Of a DNA stretch of 64,000 nucleotides, positions 1 through 8,875 are shown piece by piece. The number at the start of each line of letters is the position of its first letter. The stretch's first letter is position 1. The DNA comes from Akkermansiaceae bacterium. GTDB lineage: Bacteria > Verrucomicrobiota > Verrucomicrobiia > Verrucomicrobiales > Akkermansiaceae. The stretch spans positions 6,956-70,955 of the forward strand of contig CANLKN010000002.1 in NCBI GenBank assembly GCA_947491475.1, in the 5' to 3' direction. Under the pieces are notes generated by a model. It did no database searches, had not been told where the DNA came from, and saw nothing but the letters and a program-made list of their open reading frames with translations. A program made the translations under genes and the position numbers.

Positions 1-40
1 ACGGTGCGGAATGGCACTGGTCGCGGGGAGTCCTAGTCAT

Positions 41-113
41 GGGGCATTAGCTCAGTTGGTAGAGCGTCTCGTTCGCAATGAGAAGGTCAGCGGTTCGAAT
101 CCGCTATGCTCCA
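41..113 (+). tRNA. tRNA-Ala (anticodon CGC)
   Basis: Hand-folded cloverleaf. Acceptor GGGGCAT/ATGCTCC includes the G3:U70 alanine identity pair. D arm is GCTC/GAGC. Anticodon stem TCTCG/TGAGA carries loop TTCGCAA (anticodon CGC). T arm is AGCGG-TTCGAAT-CCGCT. The CCA end is not encoded. Confidence 0.93.
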
Positions 114-325
114 CTCCCCTGAAATACTGGAAAATACTGTAATTTAAAGCGTTAAACAGCGCACTGCCCGTTTGGCATCTCTACGCAGAAATCAGTCTAA
201 ATCCGCCAAAATCCGAAAAAATGTTTCGATTCGGTCCATCGTTTGGCGCATTATTTAATATCTCTTAATTAAATCTGCGGATGACATTCGTGAGGCCACA
301 GAATCACTCCTTGGCTGCCCTCCTG

Positions 326-880
326 TCAGGGATATTCAAGATTCAAACGGAGAAATTTTCTTCCATCGCTCGCCAGCACCCGGCAGCGCCGCGGTTCGGA
401 GTCGGCTACGGGCGATGCTTCGGAATCAAACTCGTCGATTATGCCCGAGGTTAGCCATGAGGCCAGACCACCTGACCACTCCGGCTGATAGACGAGGCTC
501 GCATTGAGTGGGCCGGACCAGCGCCTGTAGCGTATTACCAGCCACGTTTCGCCACCGATCATTTCGAGGCCACTGGCCAACGGGCTGCCATTACCGACTT
601 TGGGATTCAGATTGAACGCATATTCCTGCAAATTCGAAAGATTGTCTCCGTCGGGATCCGCTGTGGTGGCAGCATCATTTCCGCTCAGGCTGCGATTCGC
701 CGCCCAGGTGGAGAAGTCTTCGGTGGTGGGGGCCTGGGCCACCAGCACGACGTTGTTGGCGGATACCGGCGGAATGCCCGTCACCGGATAGGTGGCGTTG
801 AAACGCGAGCCTACAAAATTGGCAAAAGTTCCGACAATGATGACATTGGGGTCCGCTACGCCGATGCACTGAAACGCCGA
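326..880 (-). pseudogene. C-terminal fragment of a secreted protein (Asp-rich Ca-binding-like motif DPDGDNLSNLQEYAFNLNP, terminal FLRL strand); the 5' part is missing
   Basis: The listed ORF 326..784 stays open upstream to a stop at 881-883 (SAFQCIGVADPNVIIVGTFANFVGSRFNATYPV...). That extension has no ATG and no signal peptide. The frame abuts a plus-strand gene fragment at about 900. Its tail resembles the tail of the SGNH hydrolase at 51186..52613. Confidence 0.5.
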
Positions 881-901
881 TCATCGGAAATACCAGTCCA
901 T

Positions 902-1407
902 GTGCTCTTCGATGATCTTGGAAACACGCTTGCCCACGCGTCGGCGCCAGAGCCCCCCGGCCCGAGCGGATTTGTTCCACCGCCAGATATGAGCGCCTAC
1001 TTGCGGAAGGACTCGAAAACCCGCGCCCGGCGCACCCTCAATCCATGGCTGGTGGGCGATCACACCAAACTTCTCGTGTTCGATCAACAGGTCGCCATTA
1101 TCGGTGGAATGAACATCGGCCGCGAATACTACTCCGAGTGGCATGACCTCATGGTTCGCGTCGAGGGCCCCATCGTCCGCTCGCTGTCCCGGGAGTTCAA
1201 CCTTGCGTGGGGAAAAGCCGGCCCCTTGGGGGATTTGGCGATTTTTTACAAGCCCGCGATTTTACAAAGCCAGACTTCAGTGACGGGGGAGATTCCACTG
1301 CGGATTCTGCGGACGGACGTTACGAGATTCTCAATGCCACTCTGCTGGCGATTCGTGGAGAGCGCAAACGCATCTGGATCCAGTATTCCCCCTCGTCTTC
1401 TGTCTGA
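902..1407 (+). pseudogene. Phospholipase D / cardiolipin synthase-like gene remnant (one HKD motif; frameshifted and truncated at both ends)
   Basis: HKD motif in DHTKLLVFDQQVAIIGGMNIGREY. At about 1311-1320 (ACGGACG repeat) the sense continues in another frame as YEILNATLLAIRGERKRIWIQ (ORF 1207..1407). There is no N-terminal membrane segment and no second HKD domain. Confidence 0.65.
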
Positions 1408-1499
1408 GTATGTGACGGAATCGCCACCAAAACGGATGCGTGAATTGACTGTGGATTCTGTTTGTTGTTTTCGGAAGTGATTCAATCTTCTTGAGATTC

Positions 1500-3473
1500 A
1501 TGAAAATCGACATTGTGACGGATACCTACGTTCCCGATGTGAACGGGGTGGCAATGACTCTTGCCCGCCTGACCGCCGGCATGCGCGGGCGGGGGCACCG
1601 GGTGCATGTGATCCACACCGGAGCCAAGGCGATGACGGGTGAGACCTGCGTCGCTGCGCTGCCGCTTCCCGGATACAAGGAGGTGCGGGTGGGCCTGCCG
1701 AAACCCTTCGAGCTCCGGAGCCGATGGCTGAAAAAACGGCCGGATGCCGTTTATGTCGCGACAGAGAGTCCGCTGGGAAAATCGGCGCTCAAGGCAGCCA
1801 CCGCTTTGGGCATCCCGGTGGCCACCGGCTTTCACACGAATTTCCACCAATACATGGAGCAATACGGAATCGGAGGATTGCAGCCGATGGCGATGGCCTA
1901 TCTGCGAAACTTCCACCAACGAGCCGACTGCACGCTGACACCTTCCCGCGATATGGTCAAACGGTTGGCGGACGAGGGGGTCGAGAATGTGCATCTGTTA
2001 GGCCGTGGCGTGGACACCGAGTTGTTCTCGCCCGCAAGGCGCTGCGAGGCCCTCCGCACGGAATGGGGCGCTCGGGCGGCGACCCCGGTGGCCGTCATGG
2101 TCGGGCGCGTCGCCGCGGAGAAAAATTTCGATCTGGCGATGCGGACCTTCGAGCGGATGCGCCAGGCGTTTCCGGATGTGCGCTGCGTGGTGATCGGCGA
2201 TGGGCCGCTGACGGCTAAACTCAGCCTGAAGTATCCTTGGGTGCATTTCGCAGGCGTCAAAACCGGCGAGGAACTTGCGAGACACTACGCTTCCGCGGAT
2301 GTGCTGGTTTTTCCAAGCGAAACCGAGACTTTCGGCAATGTCTTGTTAGAAGGTATGGCGAGCGGCCTCGCTACGGTGAGTTTCGACTACGCCGCCTCCT
2401 CCCTGCATGTGCGGTCGGGAGAAAACGGCCTCAAGGCGACGCCGGGCGACGACGCCGGCTTCATCGAACAGGCACTCGATGCCCTGCAGATGCGACCCGG
2501 CCACAAACTCCGGGAAGCTGCGCGGGAAACCGCCGAAGCGCTGGGGTGGGAGATGGTGGTCGCTGAGTTCGAACGCAGGTTGTCGGAGATCGCCGCCAAC
2601 AGCCAGCCAATGATGAAAACCACGGTGAAACATGGCAAGCGGCCGAAGTTCTCCTGCCGCACCGTGTTTCTATCAGACATCCATCTGGGCACCCACGACA
2701 GCAAGGCGGACGAAGTGGTCGATTTCCTCAAACATATCAATTGCCGCAAGCTGGTGCTCAATGGCGACATCATCGACGGCTGGGCGCTAAAGCGAGGCGG
2801 CCGATGGAGCTCGCGCCACAGCCGCGTGATCCGCAAGATCATCAAGATGACCGAACACGATAAGACCGAGGTCATCTACCTGCGCGGCAACCACGATGAG
2901 ATCCTCGAGCGCTTCCTGCCGATGGCCTTCGGGAGGATCCGCCTCACGAAGGAACACATTCACGTGACTCCCGCCGGGAAACGCTATCTCGTCGTGCATG
3001 GAGATGGCTTTGACAGCGTCTCGACGCAACACCGGTGGCTGGCGTCGCTGGGAGCCGTGGGCTATAATTTCCTGCTCCGCGTCAACCGGTTCTACAATCA
3101 CTACCGGGCCTGGCGCGGCAAAGAGTATTTCTCGCTTAGCAAGCGGGTGAAGGCGAAGGTCAAGTCTGCTGTCAGTTTCATCGACCGCTACGAAGACCTG
3201 CTTCAGGATCTTGCCAGACTGCGGAAGTGTGATGGCATCATCTGTGGCCACATCCACACGCCCGAAGACAAGCAGGTGGGAGAGATCCACTATCTCAACT
3301 CCGGTGACTGGGTGGAAAGCCTGACCGCCATCATCGAACATCTGGATGGCAGGATGGAGTTGGTGCGCTATGCCGAGTTCATCGAACGCCTCAGGCGCGA
3401 TGATGAGACCGCGACGCCAGCCATCACAGCCGGCCGGGAGAATTCGCCGTCGATCATGGCAGGTATCATCTAA
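1500..3473 (+). CDS. Fusion protein: GT4-type (GT-B) glycosyltransferase joined to an LpxH-like metallophosphoesterase (UDP-2,3-diacylglucosamine hydrolase family)
   Basis: The N-terminal ~370 aa begin MKIDIVTDTYVPDVNGVAMTL and carry an EX7E motif (ETFGNVLLE). The C-terminal ~270 aa carry LSDIHLG, NGDIIDGW, GNHD, VVHGDGFD and GHIH motifs. The frame is uninterrupted. ATG at 1500; the ORF track starts at a TTG at 1491. Confidence 0.8.
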   Translation: MKIDIVTDTYVPDVNGVAMTLARLTAGMRGRGHRVHVIHTGAKAMTGETCVAALPLPGYKEVRVGLPKPFELRSRWLKKRPDAVYVATESPLGKSALKAATALGIPVATGFHTNFHQYMEQYGIGGLQPMAMAYLRNFHQRADCTLTPSRDMVKRLADEGVENVHLLGRGVDTELFSPARRCEALRTEWGARAATPVAVMVGRVAAEKNFDLAMRTFERMRQAFPDVRCVVIGDGPLTAKLSLKYPWVHFAGVKTGEELARHYASADVLVFPSETETFGNVLLEGMASGLATVSFDYAASSLHVRSGENGLKATPGDDAGFIEQALDALQMRPGHKLREAARETAEALGWEMVVAEFERRLSEIAANSQPMMKTTVKHGKRPKFSCRTVFLSDIHLGTHDSKADEVVDFLKHINCRKLVLNGDIIDGWALKRGGRWSSRHSRVIRKIIKMTEHDKTEVIYLRGNHDEILERFLPMAFGRIRLTKEHIHVTPAGKRYLVVHGDGFDSVSTQHRWLASLGAVGYNFLLRVNRFYNHYRAWRGKEYFSLSKRVKAKVKSAVSFIDRYEDLLQDLARLRKCDGIICGHIHTPEDKQVGEIHYLNSGDWVESLTAIIEHLDGRMELVRYAEFIERLRRDDETATPAITAGRENSPSIMAGII

Positions 3474-3492
3474 CTAAATTGGTTTCCCGACG

Positions 3493-5205
3493 TTATTTGA
3501 AAAGCACGTCAACCCCCATGGCGGACTTCCGCAGGAACTTGGGCATGGTGGCGGGGTCGCGCGAACGCAGCAGACGGAAGGCAATCCCGGACAAATGAAG
3601 GATGAAGATCCGGTCCACCCAGCGGTAGCCGCGCTTTCTGCGCAACAGCAGGCTGGCCGCGAGGCCGAGCGTCCGCCGCCTCAGAGGAAATGGCGTGAAT
3701 GAAACCTTGATCCGGTAGCGTTGGCGGCGCTCCTTTGGCCAGCGGAGTTTGTATTCCTTTTTAGCGTTCCGAATCCGTTCGGCGAGTTCCTCGTCATAAC
3801 TCAGGAAATAGTATCTGCGTGCCAGCAGGACCAGGTGAAAGAAATCGCCCATGTGCTCGATGTCGTCCGCCGGCAGTCCCGCTTCACTGGCAAGTGAGAT
3901 CATGCGTGGAAACAATGCGGCGGCGGTTTCACCTCCTGCCATGGCAAGATCCGGACTGCGGACGAAGTGGCGCATGACCTTGCGCACGCCGTGATTGATG
4001 AACAACGAGTCCCAGTAAACATGCAGCAGCGGCGGGATGCGGACCCGCCGGAAAAACAGCTTCTGGCGCGCAAAATCGCCGATGTAGAGCAAATCCCGGA
4101 TCACGACGTCCGCGTGGTCTAGCAGTTCGAGTGCGGCAGGCGTCCGCTCTGGACCGATCAGGTCTTCCACCGCGGAATCGGCGGATTTCCGATGTTTGAA
4201 CACCGTGATGGCGGCTGCCGTGTTGAGACGAATCCAAATGTCGCGGTTGCCGGTTTCCAGATAGGCGCGACGTTGGAAGCGATGCCAGCCACCGGTTTGG
4301 CACCACACCGAAATGCCCGCGATGTTTTCCGCTTGGGATAACTCCGCGGCGATGCGCTCGCAGTCCCAGCCGATGAAGGACGGATATTCGCCCGCGCCTT
4401 CATATTCCCTGCGGGCCTGCAACTCCAGCAGCTTGCGTTGTTTCACCCGAAAGAAGGCGCCGTTGAGCGGCAGATAGCGGAAAAAATCGCTCTCGCCGTG
4501 TTTCATCGAAACGATCAGGTTCGGCGAGTCGAGCCCTTCCAGGGTTTTGTCCAGTGTGTCGCGGTGCCAGATCAGATCGCCGATGCGGTGGGCACCCACA
4601 GTCCATGTGCGGAAGATGAGATCCTTGCCACGTTTTTCAAACTCGGGCAGGAGTCTGCGCAACAAGCGGTTCGCCTCTCGGGCGCTACGCAGGTGGAGCC
4701 TCGTGCGAATCGGGTCTTCGACGTCATTGCCATCACTTTCGCCGACCCGCAGGATCAATCCTGATAGTTGCGGGAAGTCGTCGAGCACTCCGCAGACCAA
4801 GTTGCAGTAGTAAGTTTCCAGTCCAGCAAGGTCGCTGCCCAATGCTTTGGAAATGGCGGGGGTCATCGGCAGCACGTCGCTCGTCAGATAGACCCGGAGC
4901 CCGAATTCGCCGTGCAACATGTCAAAGAACCGGCTGAATTTTCCACGTAGCATGGCGATGCGCTCCGCGACCTCAGGCTCGTGCAGCGGATGAGCTGCGA
5001 GGTGCGCGAGATCATCCAAAGTGACGGCATTATATCCTTGCTCGGCGACCTTGCTCGCGAAATCCCGAAGTTCGTGTTCCATGGCCGCCCAGTCTTCCGG
5101 GCTGGCATCCGCCAGATGCATGAACGGGATTTTAGACCAGTTCACGCGATTCCGGTCATATCCCCGGAAAAACGGCCCGATCGCATCGATGAGGAAAAGC
5201 TCCAT
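3493..5205 (-). CDS. Hypothetical protein (~570 aa, no signal peptide, basic amphipathic C-terminus)
   Basis: Long ORF with protein-like composition (MELFLIDAIGPFFRGYDRNRVNW...). ATG at 5205, TTG at 5211. No motif I can name. Convergent with the GT4-LpxH fusion. Confidence 0.6.
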   Translation of the reverse strand: MELFLIDAIGPFFRGYDRNRVNWSKIPFMHLADASPEDWAAMEHELRDFASKVAEQGYNAVTLDDLAHLAAHPLHEPEVAERIAMLRGKFSRFFDMLHGEFGLRVYLTSDVLPMTPAISKALGSDLAGLETYYCNLVCGVLDDFPQLSGLILRVGESDGNDVEDPIRTRLHLRSAREANRLLRRLLPEFEKRGKDLIFRTWTVGAHRIGDLIWHRDTLDKTLEGLDSPNLIVSMKHGESDFFRYLPLNGAFFRVKQRKLLELQARREYEGAGEYPSFIGWDCERIAAELSQAENIAGISVWCQTGGWHRFQRRAYLETGNRDIWIRLNTAAAITVFKHRKSADSAVEDLIGPERTPAALELLDHADVVIRDLLYIGDFARQKLFFRRVRIPPLLHVYWDSLFINHGVRKVMRHFVRSPDLAMAGGETAAALFPRMISLASEAGLPADDIEHMGDFFHLVLLARRYYFLSYDEELAERIRNAKKEYKLRWPKERRQRYRIKVSFTPFPLRRRTLGLAASLLLRRKRGYRWVDRIFILHLSGIAFRLLRSRDPATMPKFLRKSAMGVDVLFK

Positions 5206-5368
5206 TGCCAAACTGATGAAACATCGCGGGTCGGATCGAGAATCGGCGAGATATCTCGTTTGACGGAAACGTCACAAATGAATGCAAACCTTTTTCCTTC
5301 GCTGTCAAAATCACACGCGAGTAATCCAATGTCCCGGGACTCTCGCTCCAAGATCGGGGAATTCGTGA

Positions 5369-6250
5369 TCAGGACAGAACGCCGGTCAGGACTAGCCCGC
5401 CGACGACCGTGCCGATGGCGATTCGATACCAACCGAAAATTTCCAGGCCGTGTTTTTGGAGGTAGGAAACCAGCCATTTCACGGCCAGCGCTGCGGAAAT
5501 AGTGGCTGCCACCACGCCGACCGCGAGCGAAAGCGGGCCGTAGCTGTCCCACATCAGCCGGGCGCCACCGAACCATACGTCGTATTGCGCATCGATTCCC
5601 GGCACTTTCCAGAGCGCCTTCTTGGCGGTGGCGGCGGTGAGAGTGAGCACACCGAGCAGGAATGAATACTCGACGGCCGCGCGCACCGAGAGGCCGACAA
5701 GCAAGCCGCCGACGATGGTCATCAGGCTGCGGCTGGTGCCCGGCCACATCGCCACGCATTGCAGGAGACCGATCATCAAGGCCATTTTCCATGTCATGTC
5801 CAACAACTCCAGTCCGCCGGACTTCTTGGGGTTGCGTCGCGACCAGCGCGAGGCGGCGAGGATCAGCACGCCGCCGAACACCCAGGCGAAGACCACCGGC
5901 CAGGTGCCGAAAAGTTTTTGCTCGATCCAATCGTTGAGCAAAACGCCGATGACTGCGGCGGGCAGGAAACCGACGAGGATGGCCATGGCGAGCTTGAGGC
6001 CTTCCGGGTCCTTGCCGCAAACGCCCATGATCATGCGCAGCACGCGTTGGTAATAGAGCCCGAGCACGGCGAGGATCGCGCCGCCCTGGATGCAGATGGC
6101 GAAGGTATCCGCCGCCACTTTGTCGGCGTGCGAATGGGTGCCGATGCCCATCATTTGTTGGGCGACGAGCAAGTGGCCGGTGGAGCTGATGGGAAGGTAT
6201 TCGGTGATGCCTTCGATCACGCCGAGAATGAATGCTTGCCAAGGTTCCAT
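5369..6250 (-). CDS. uppP: Undecaprenyl-diphosphate phosphatase
   Basis: BacA/UppP signature EGITEYLPISSTGHL and a polytopic membrane profile. The likely start is MEPWQAF at 6250. Confidence 0.9.
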   Translation of the reverse strand: MEPWQAFILGVIEGITEYLPISSTGHLLVAQQMMGIGTHSHADKVAADTFAICIQGGAILAVLGLYYQRVLRMIMGVCGKDPEGLKLAMAILVGFLPAAVIGVLLNDWIEQKLFGTWPVVFAWVFGGVLILAASRWSRRNPKKSGGLELLDMTWKMALMIGLLQCVAMWPGTSRSLMTIVGGLLVGLSVRAAVEYSFLLGVLTLTAATAKKALWKVPGIDAQYDVWFGGARLMWDSYGPLSLAVGVVAATISAALAVKWLVSYLQKHGLEIFGWYRIAIGTVVGGLVLTGVLS

Positions 6251-6313
6251 AAATTCTTGCGGGACTTTGCGGAGCGGAACGCGGGGCTGCAAGTCATTTG
6301 CCGCAGCCGTCGC

Positions 6314-7375
6314 TCAATCGGCCATCACGTCGTGGTAAACATCGATCTTGGCGGCTTCGAAGCGGCGCAGCGCGGCGCGGAATTCAGCGGAGGCCTGGCG
6401 GCGTTTAACGGCTTCGAGCGCGGCGACGACTTCGGGTTTCGCCTCATCGAAAGTGCGGGGCTCCAACTGCTTGCGGTCGGTGACTTCCACCAGATGCCAG
6501 CCGATGCGGGTGCGCAGCAACGTGGGCTTTTGCAGCGGGAGCGAAAACACCGGCTCCGCAAAATCCAACGGCAGGCGCTCGCGTGTCATCCAGCCGAGAT
6601 CGCCGCCGTTTTCCTTGCTGGCGGGATCGTCGCTGAGCTCATGGGCGAGGGTGGCGAAGTCCTTCGCGCCACTTGTTAGATCGGCAAGTGCCGCTTCGAG
6701 TTTCAAACGAGCCTCTTGTTCCGGTCGGGTGAGCGTGGCGAGGAAAACATGGCGCGCCCGGATGCGCTCCGGCCGGGCGAAGCGCGGCTCGTTTTGAGAA
6801 AACCAGCCGCGTGCTTCATCTTCGGTGACATCCACCAGCGGGCTGATTTTCAGCTCGACGTATTTTTCCTGCTGGATTTGCGCGGCGATGCGGTCGCGGA
6901 GGTCCTGCTCACTGGCGATGCCTTGGGATTTCATCGAGCTCTCCATCGCACCCTTCGATTCGAAGCGGCCTAACAGAAGTCGCAGACGCTCGTTGAGTTC
7001 TTCGTCAGTCACCGTCAACTGCGGCGCATTGGCCTTGGCTTTGACGCGCAGCAGTTCGTGATCGATCAGGTCGTCGAGCGCGGCGTAGCGGACAGTCTTG
7101 AGGTTTTCCGGCGAGAGACCGGCGGGTGTTTTCCCTTCGAGCCAGAGGCGCTCGTGCACGGCGCGATCGAGCTGGCTGCGGGTGATTTGCAGGTTGAAAA
7201 CGCGGGCGACCACGCCACGGGATTTGGCGGCGGCGATGGCTGCCGGGCTCGATGGATCGGCACGCTCCATTTTCTGCCGCAGCGGGCCGTGGAAGAGAAA
7301 CAAATCGCCGGCAAGATAAGCGATGACCAAACCATAGATGGCGAGGCGCAGGGAAAATTTAGCGAGAGGAGACAT
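6314..7375 (-). CDS. Parvulin-type peptidyl-prolyl cis-trans isomerase (SurA/PrsA-like, N-terminal membrane anchor)
   Basis: Rotamase region ARHVFLATL...NGGDLGWMTRERLPLDFAEPVF...IGWHLVEV. The start MSPLAKFSLRLAIYGLVIAYL at 7375 overlaps the upstream stop (ATGA-type overlap at 7373-7377). Confidence 0.85.
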   Translation of the reverse strand: MSPLAKFSLRLAIYGLVIAYLAGDLFLFHGPLRQKMERADPSSPAAIAAAKSRGVVARVFNLQITRSQLDRAVHERLWLEGKTPAGLSPENLKTVRYAALDDLIDHELLRVKAKANAPQLTVTDEELNERLRLLLGRFESKGAMESSMKSQGIASEQDLRDRIAAQIQQEKYVELKISPLVDVTEDEARGWFSQNEPRFARPERIRARHVFLATLTRPEQEARLKLEAALADLTSGAKDFATLAHELSDDPASKENGGDLGWMTRERLPLDFAEPVFSLPLQKPTLLRTRIGWHLVEVTDRKQLEPRTFDEAKPEVVAALEAVKRRQASAEFRAALRRFEAAKIDVYHDVMAD

Positions 7376-8583
7376 CACCGGATTTCCACGGATGCCCCGG
7401 GGCGAATCAGGTTGGGCAGGCGGATGGCATCCCAATTGGCGAGGCGGATGCAGCCGGCGCTGCGGGCGCGGCCGATGGTTTCCGGATCGGATGTGCCGTG
7501 CAGCCCGATGCCAGCCCTGCTGGTGCCGTTCCAAATGATGCCGACCGGGCTGTTAGGGCCGGGCGGGATATTGAGCGCGTTTTCGCTGCGCTTGCCGGTA
7601 TCGAGAAATTTCTGGTCATAGCGCCACCACGGCAGCTCCACCATGTTGCGCAGTTCCCAGGTGCCGAACTGGATGAATTTCGGCTGGCCGGGAGTGATCG
7701 GAAACGAGGCAACCAGCCCGCGGTTGGCGCGGGTGACCGGCTGGATCACTTCCGCCCCGAGCTCGGCCACCACCAAGGCCTGCGGCGCGGCTTCGAAAAT
7801 GCGCACTTGGTTGATCTTGGTATCCACCACCACGTGGCGTGCGCTGAGCGCTTCGTCGGCCTCGTGTTTGATGCCGGTGATTTTCTCGATGTGAAACGGT
7901 CTGACATTCGGCACCACGATCGAGTCGCCGGGCTTGAGGGAGTTGATTTTCTGCCAAGTGTTGAGCGCGGCGAGGTAGGGCACATCGCAATGATAACGCT
8001 CGGACATGAACTCGCCATAACTGCGGTAGCTCATGCGCTTGCGCTTCGCCTGCAAGGCCCGGCTGGTGGGCAGCGTGGTGTCCACCCAATCTTCCGCGGC
8101 TACGGGCACAAGTGCCACGGCCAGCGGATTCGTCACCGCCTTGCGTGCGGCGGTATTCACAGCGATCCAGTCGTCCACCGAATGGCCGTTGACCTCATTC
8201 CACGATCGCACGGCGAGCTCGGTGAAGCGGCCGGGCTTGCCGTCGATCACGCCGGGGCCGAAATTTGCCTCATCGAGGAAAATTTGCAGGCGCACGGCAT
8301 CGTCGCCAGTGGGCTTGATGTCAAAAGGGCTGGGCAGTGAAACGGACTCGATGGGCGTGACGGTTTCCGGAGCAACCGGAGGCGGAGTCGCGGGGAGTGG
8401 TGCCGGAGCTGTCGGAGCTGCCGGAGCTACCGGAGCTGCCGGGATTGGGCGCGAGGTGATGTCTTCATCGCCGCCAACCGGAAGTGCGCGGAGCACCGGG
8501 CGATTGACAAAATGTGGGGTTTGCTGCTGGGAAAACAGCGACTGCACCGTAAAGACAAGTGATAACAATAGGGCTCTGAGCAT
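7375..8583 (-). CDS. L,D-transpeptidase (YkuD domain) family protein
   Basis: Catalytic region GLHGTSDPETIGRARSAGCIRLANWD (His...Cys). Signal peptide MLRALLLSLVFTVQSLFS starts at the ATG at 8583. A Pro/Ala-rich linker follows. Confidence 0.85.
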   Translation of the reverse strand: MLRALLLSLVFTVQSLFSQQQTPHFVNRPVLRALPVGGDEDITSRPIPAAPVAPAAPTAPAPLPATPPPVAPETVTPIESVSLPSPFDIKPTGDDAVRLQIFLDEANFGPGVIDGKPGRFTELAVRSWNEVNGHSVDDWIAVNTAARKAVTNPLAVALVPVAAEDWVDTTLPTSRALQAKRKRMSYRSYGEFMSERYHCDVPYLAALNTWQKINSLKPGDSIVVPNVRPFHIEKITGIKHEADEALSARHVVVDTKINQVRIFEAAPQALVVAELGAEVIQPVTRANRGLVASFPITPGQPKFIQFGTWELRNMVELPWWRYDQKFLDTGKRSENALNIPPGPNSPVGIIWNGTSRAGIGLHGTSDPETIGRARSAGCIRLANWDAIRLPNLIRPGASVEIR

Positions 8584-8875
8584 GGGATGAACAATCACGG
8601 GATCTGGCAATGACGACCGGAAAAAAGCAAACCGCTCGGAGGGCGGCTGAGGTCATCAGCGCGGCGAAGGATACCACTGGCCCCGCGATCCGTCGAGCGG
8701 ACGTTTTTACCAACCGTCCGATCAATCTAAGTCATTTCCACGGCATGGATACGGCTTAGCCTTGGCGAAGACGGTTTCAACAACAGGGCGCTGTGAGGCG
8801 TGCTCATTCCAACCCCTTCATTCCAAAATCTTGCCAAACCTGTGCCCATCCCCTTCACTCCGCGCCGCTCAACCC

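Noticed and set aside
114-325. An attachment-site direct repeat of the tRNA-Ala 3' end that would delimit an island.
   Set aside because: No second copy of the GGTTCGAATCCGCTATGCTCCA segment, or a long part of it, was seen anywhere in the window. Any partner repeat would have to lie outside it.
2590-2630. The GT4-LpxH fusion might be an artefact of a lost ATGA-type stop/start overlap, because CAATGATGAAA contains TGATGA in the +1 frame.
   Set aside because: The alternative frame upstream of that TGA reads SSNAGCRRSPPTASQ, which is not protein-like. The current frame (AEFERRLSEIAANSQP) is sensible up to the junction. It is kept as a real fusion, but read-level confirmation is advised.
8611-8875. 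Possible lysine (L-box) riboswitch upstream of lysC.
   Set aside because: I could not find the conserved L-box elements by eye in the 265-nt divergent spacer. A covariance-model scan would be needed to exclude it formally.
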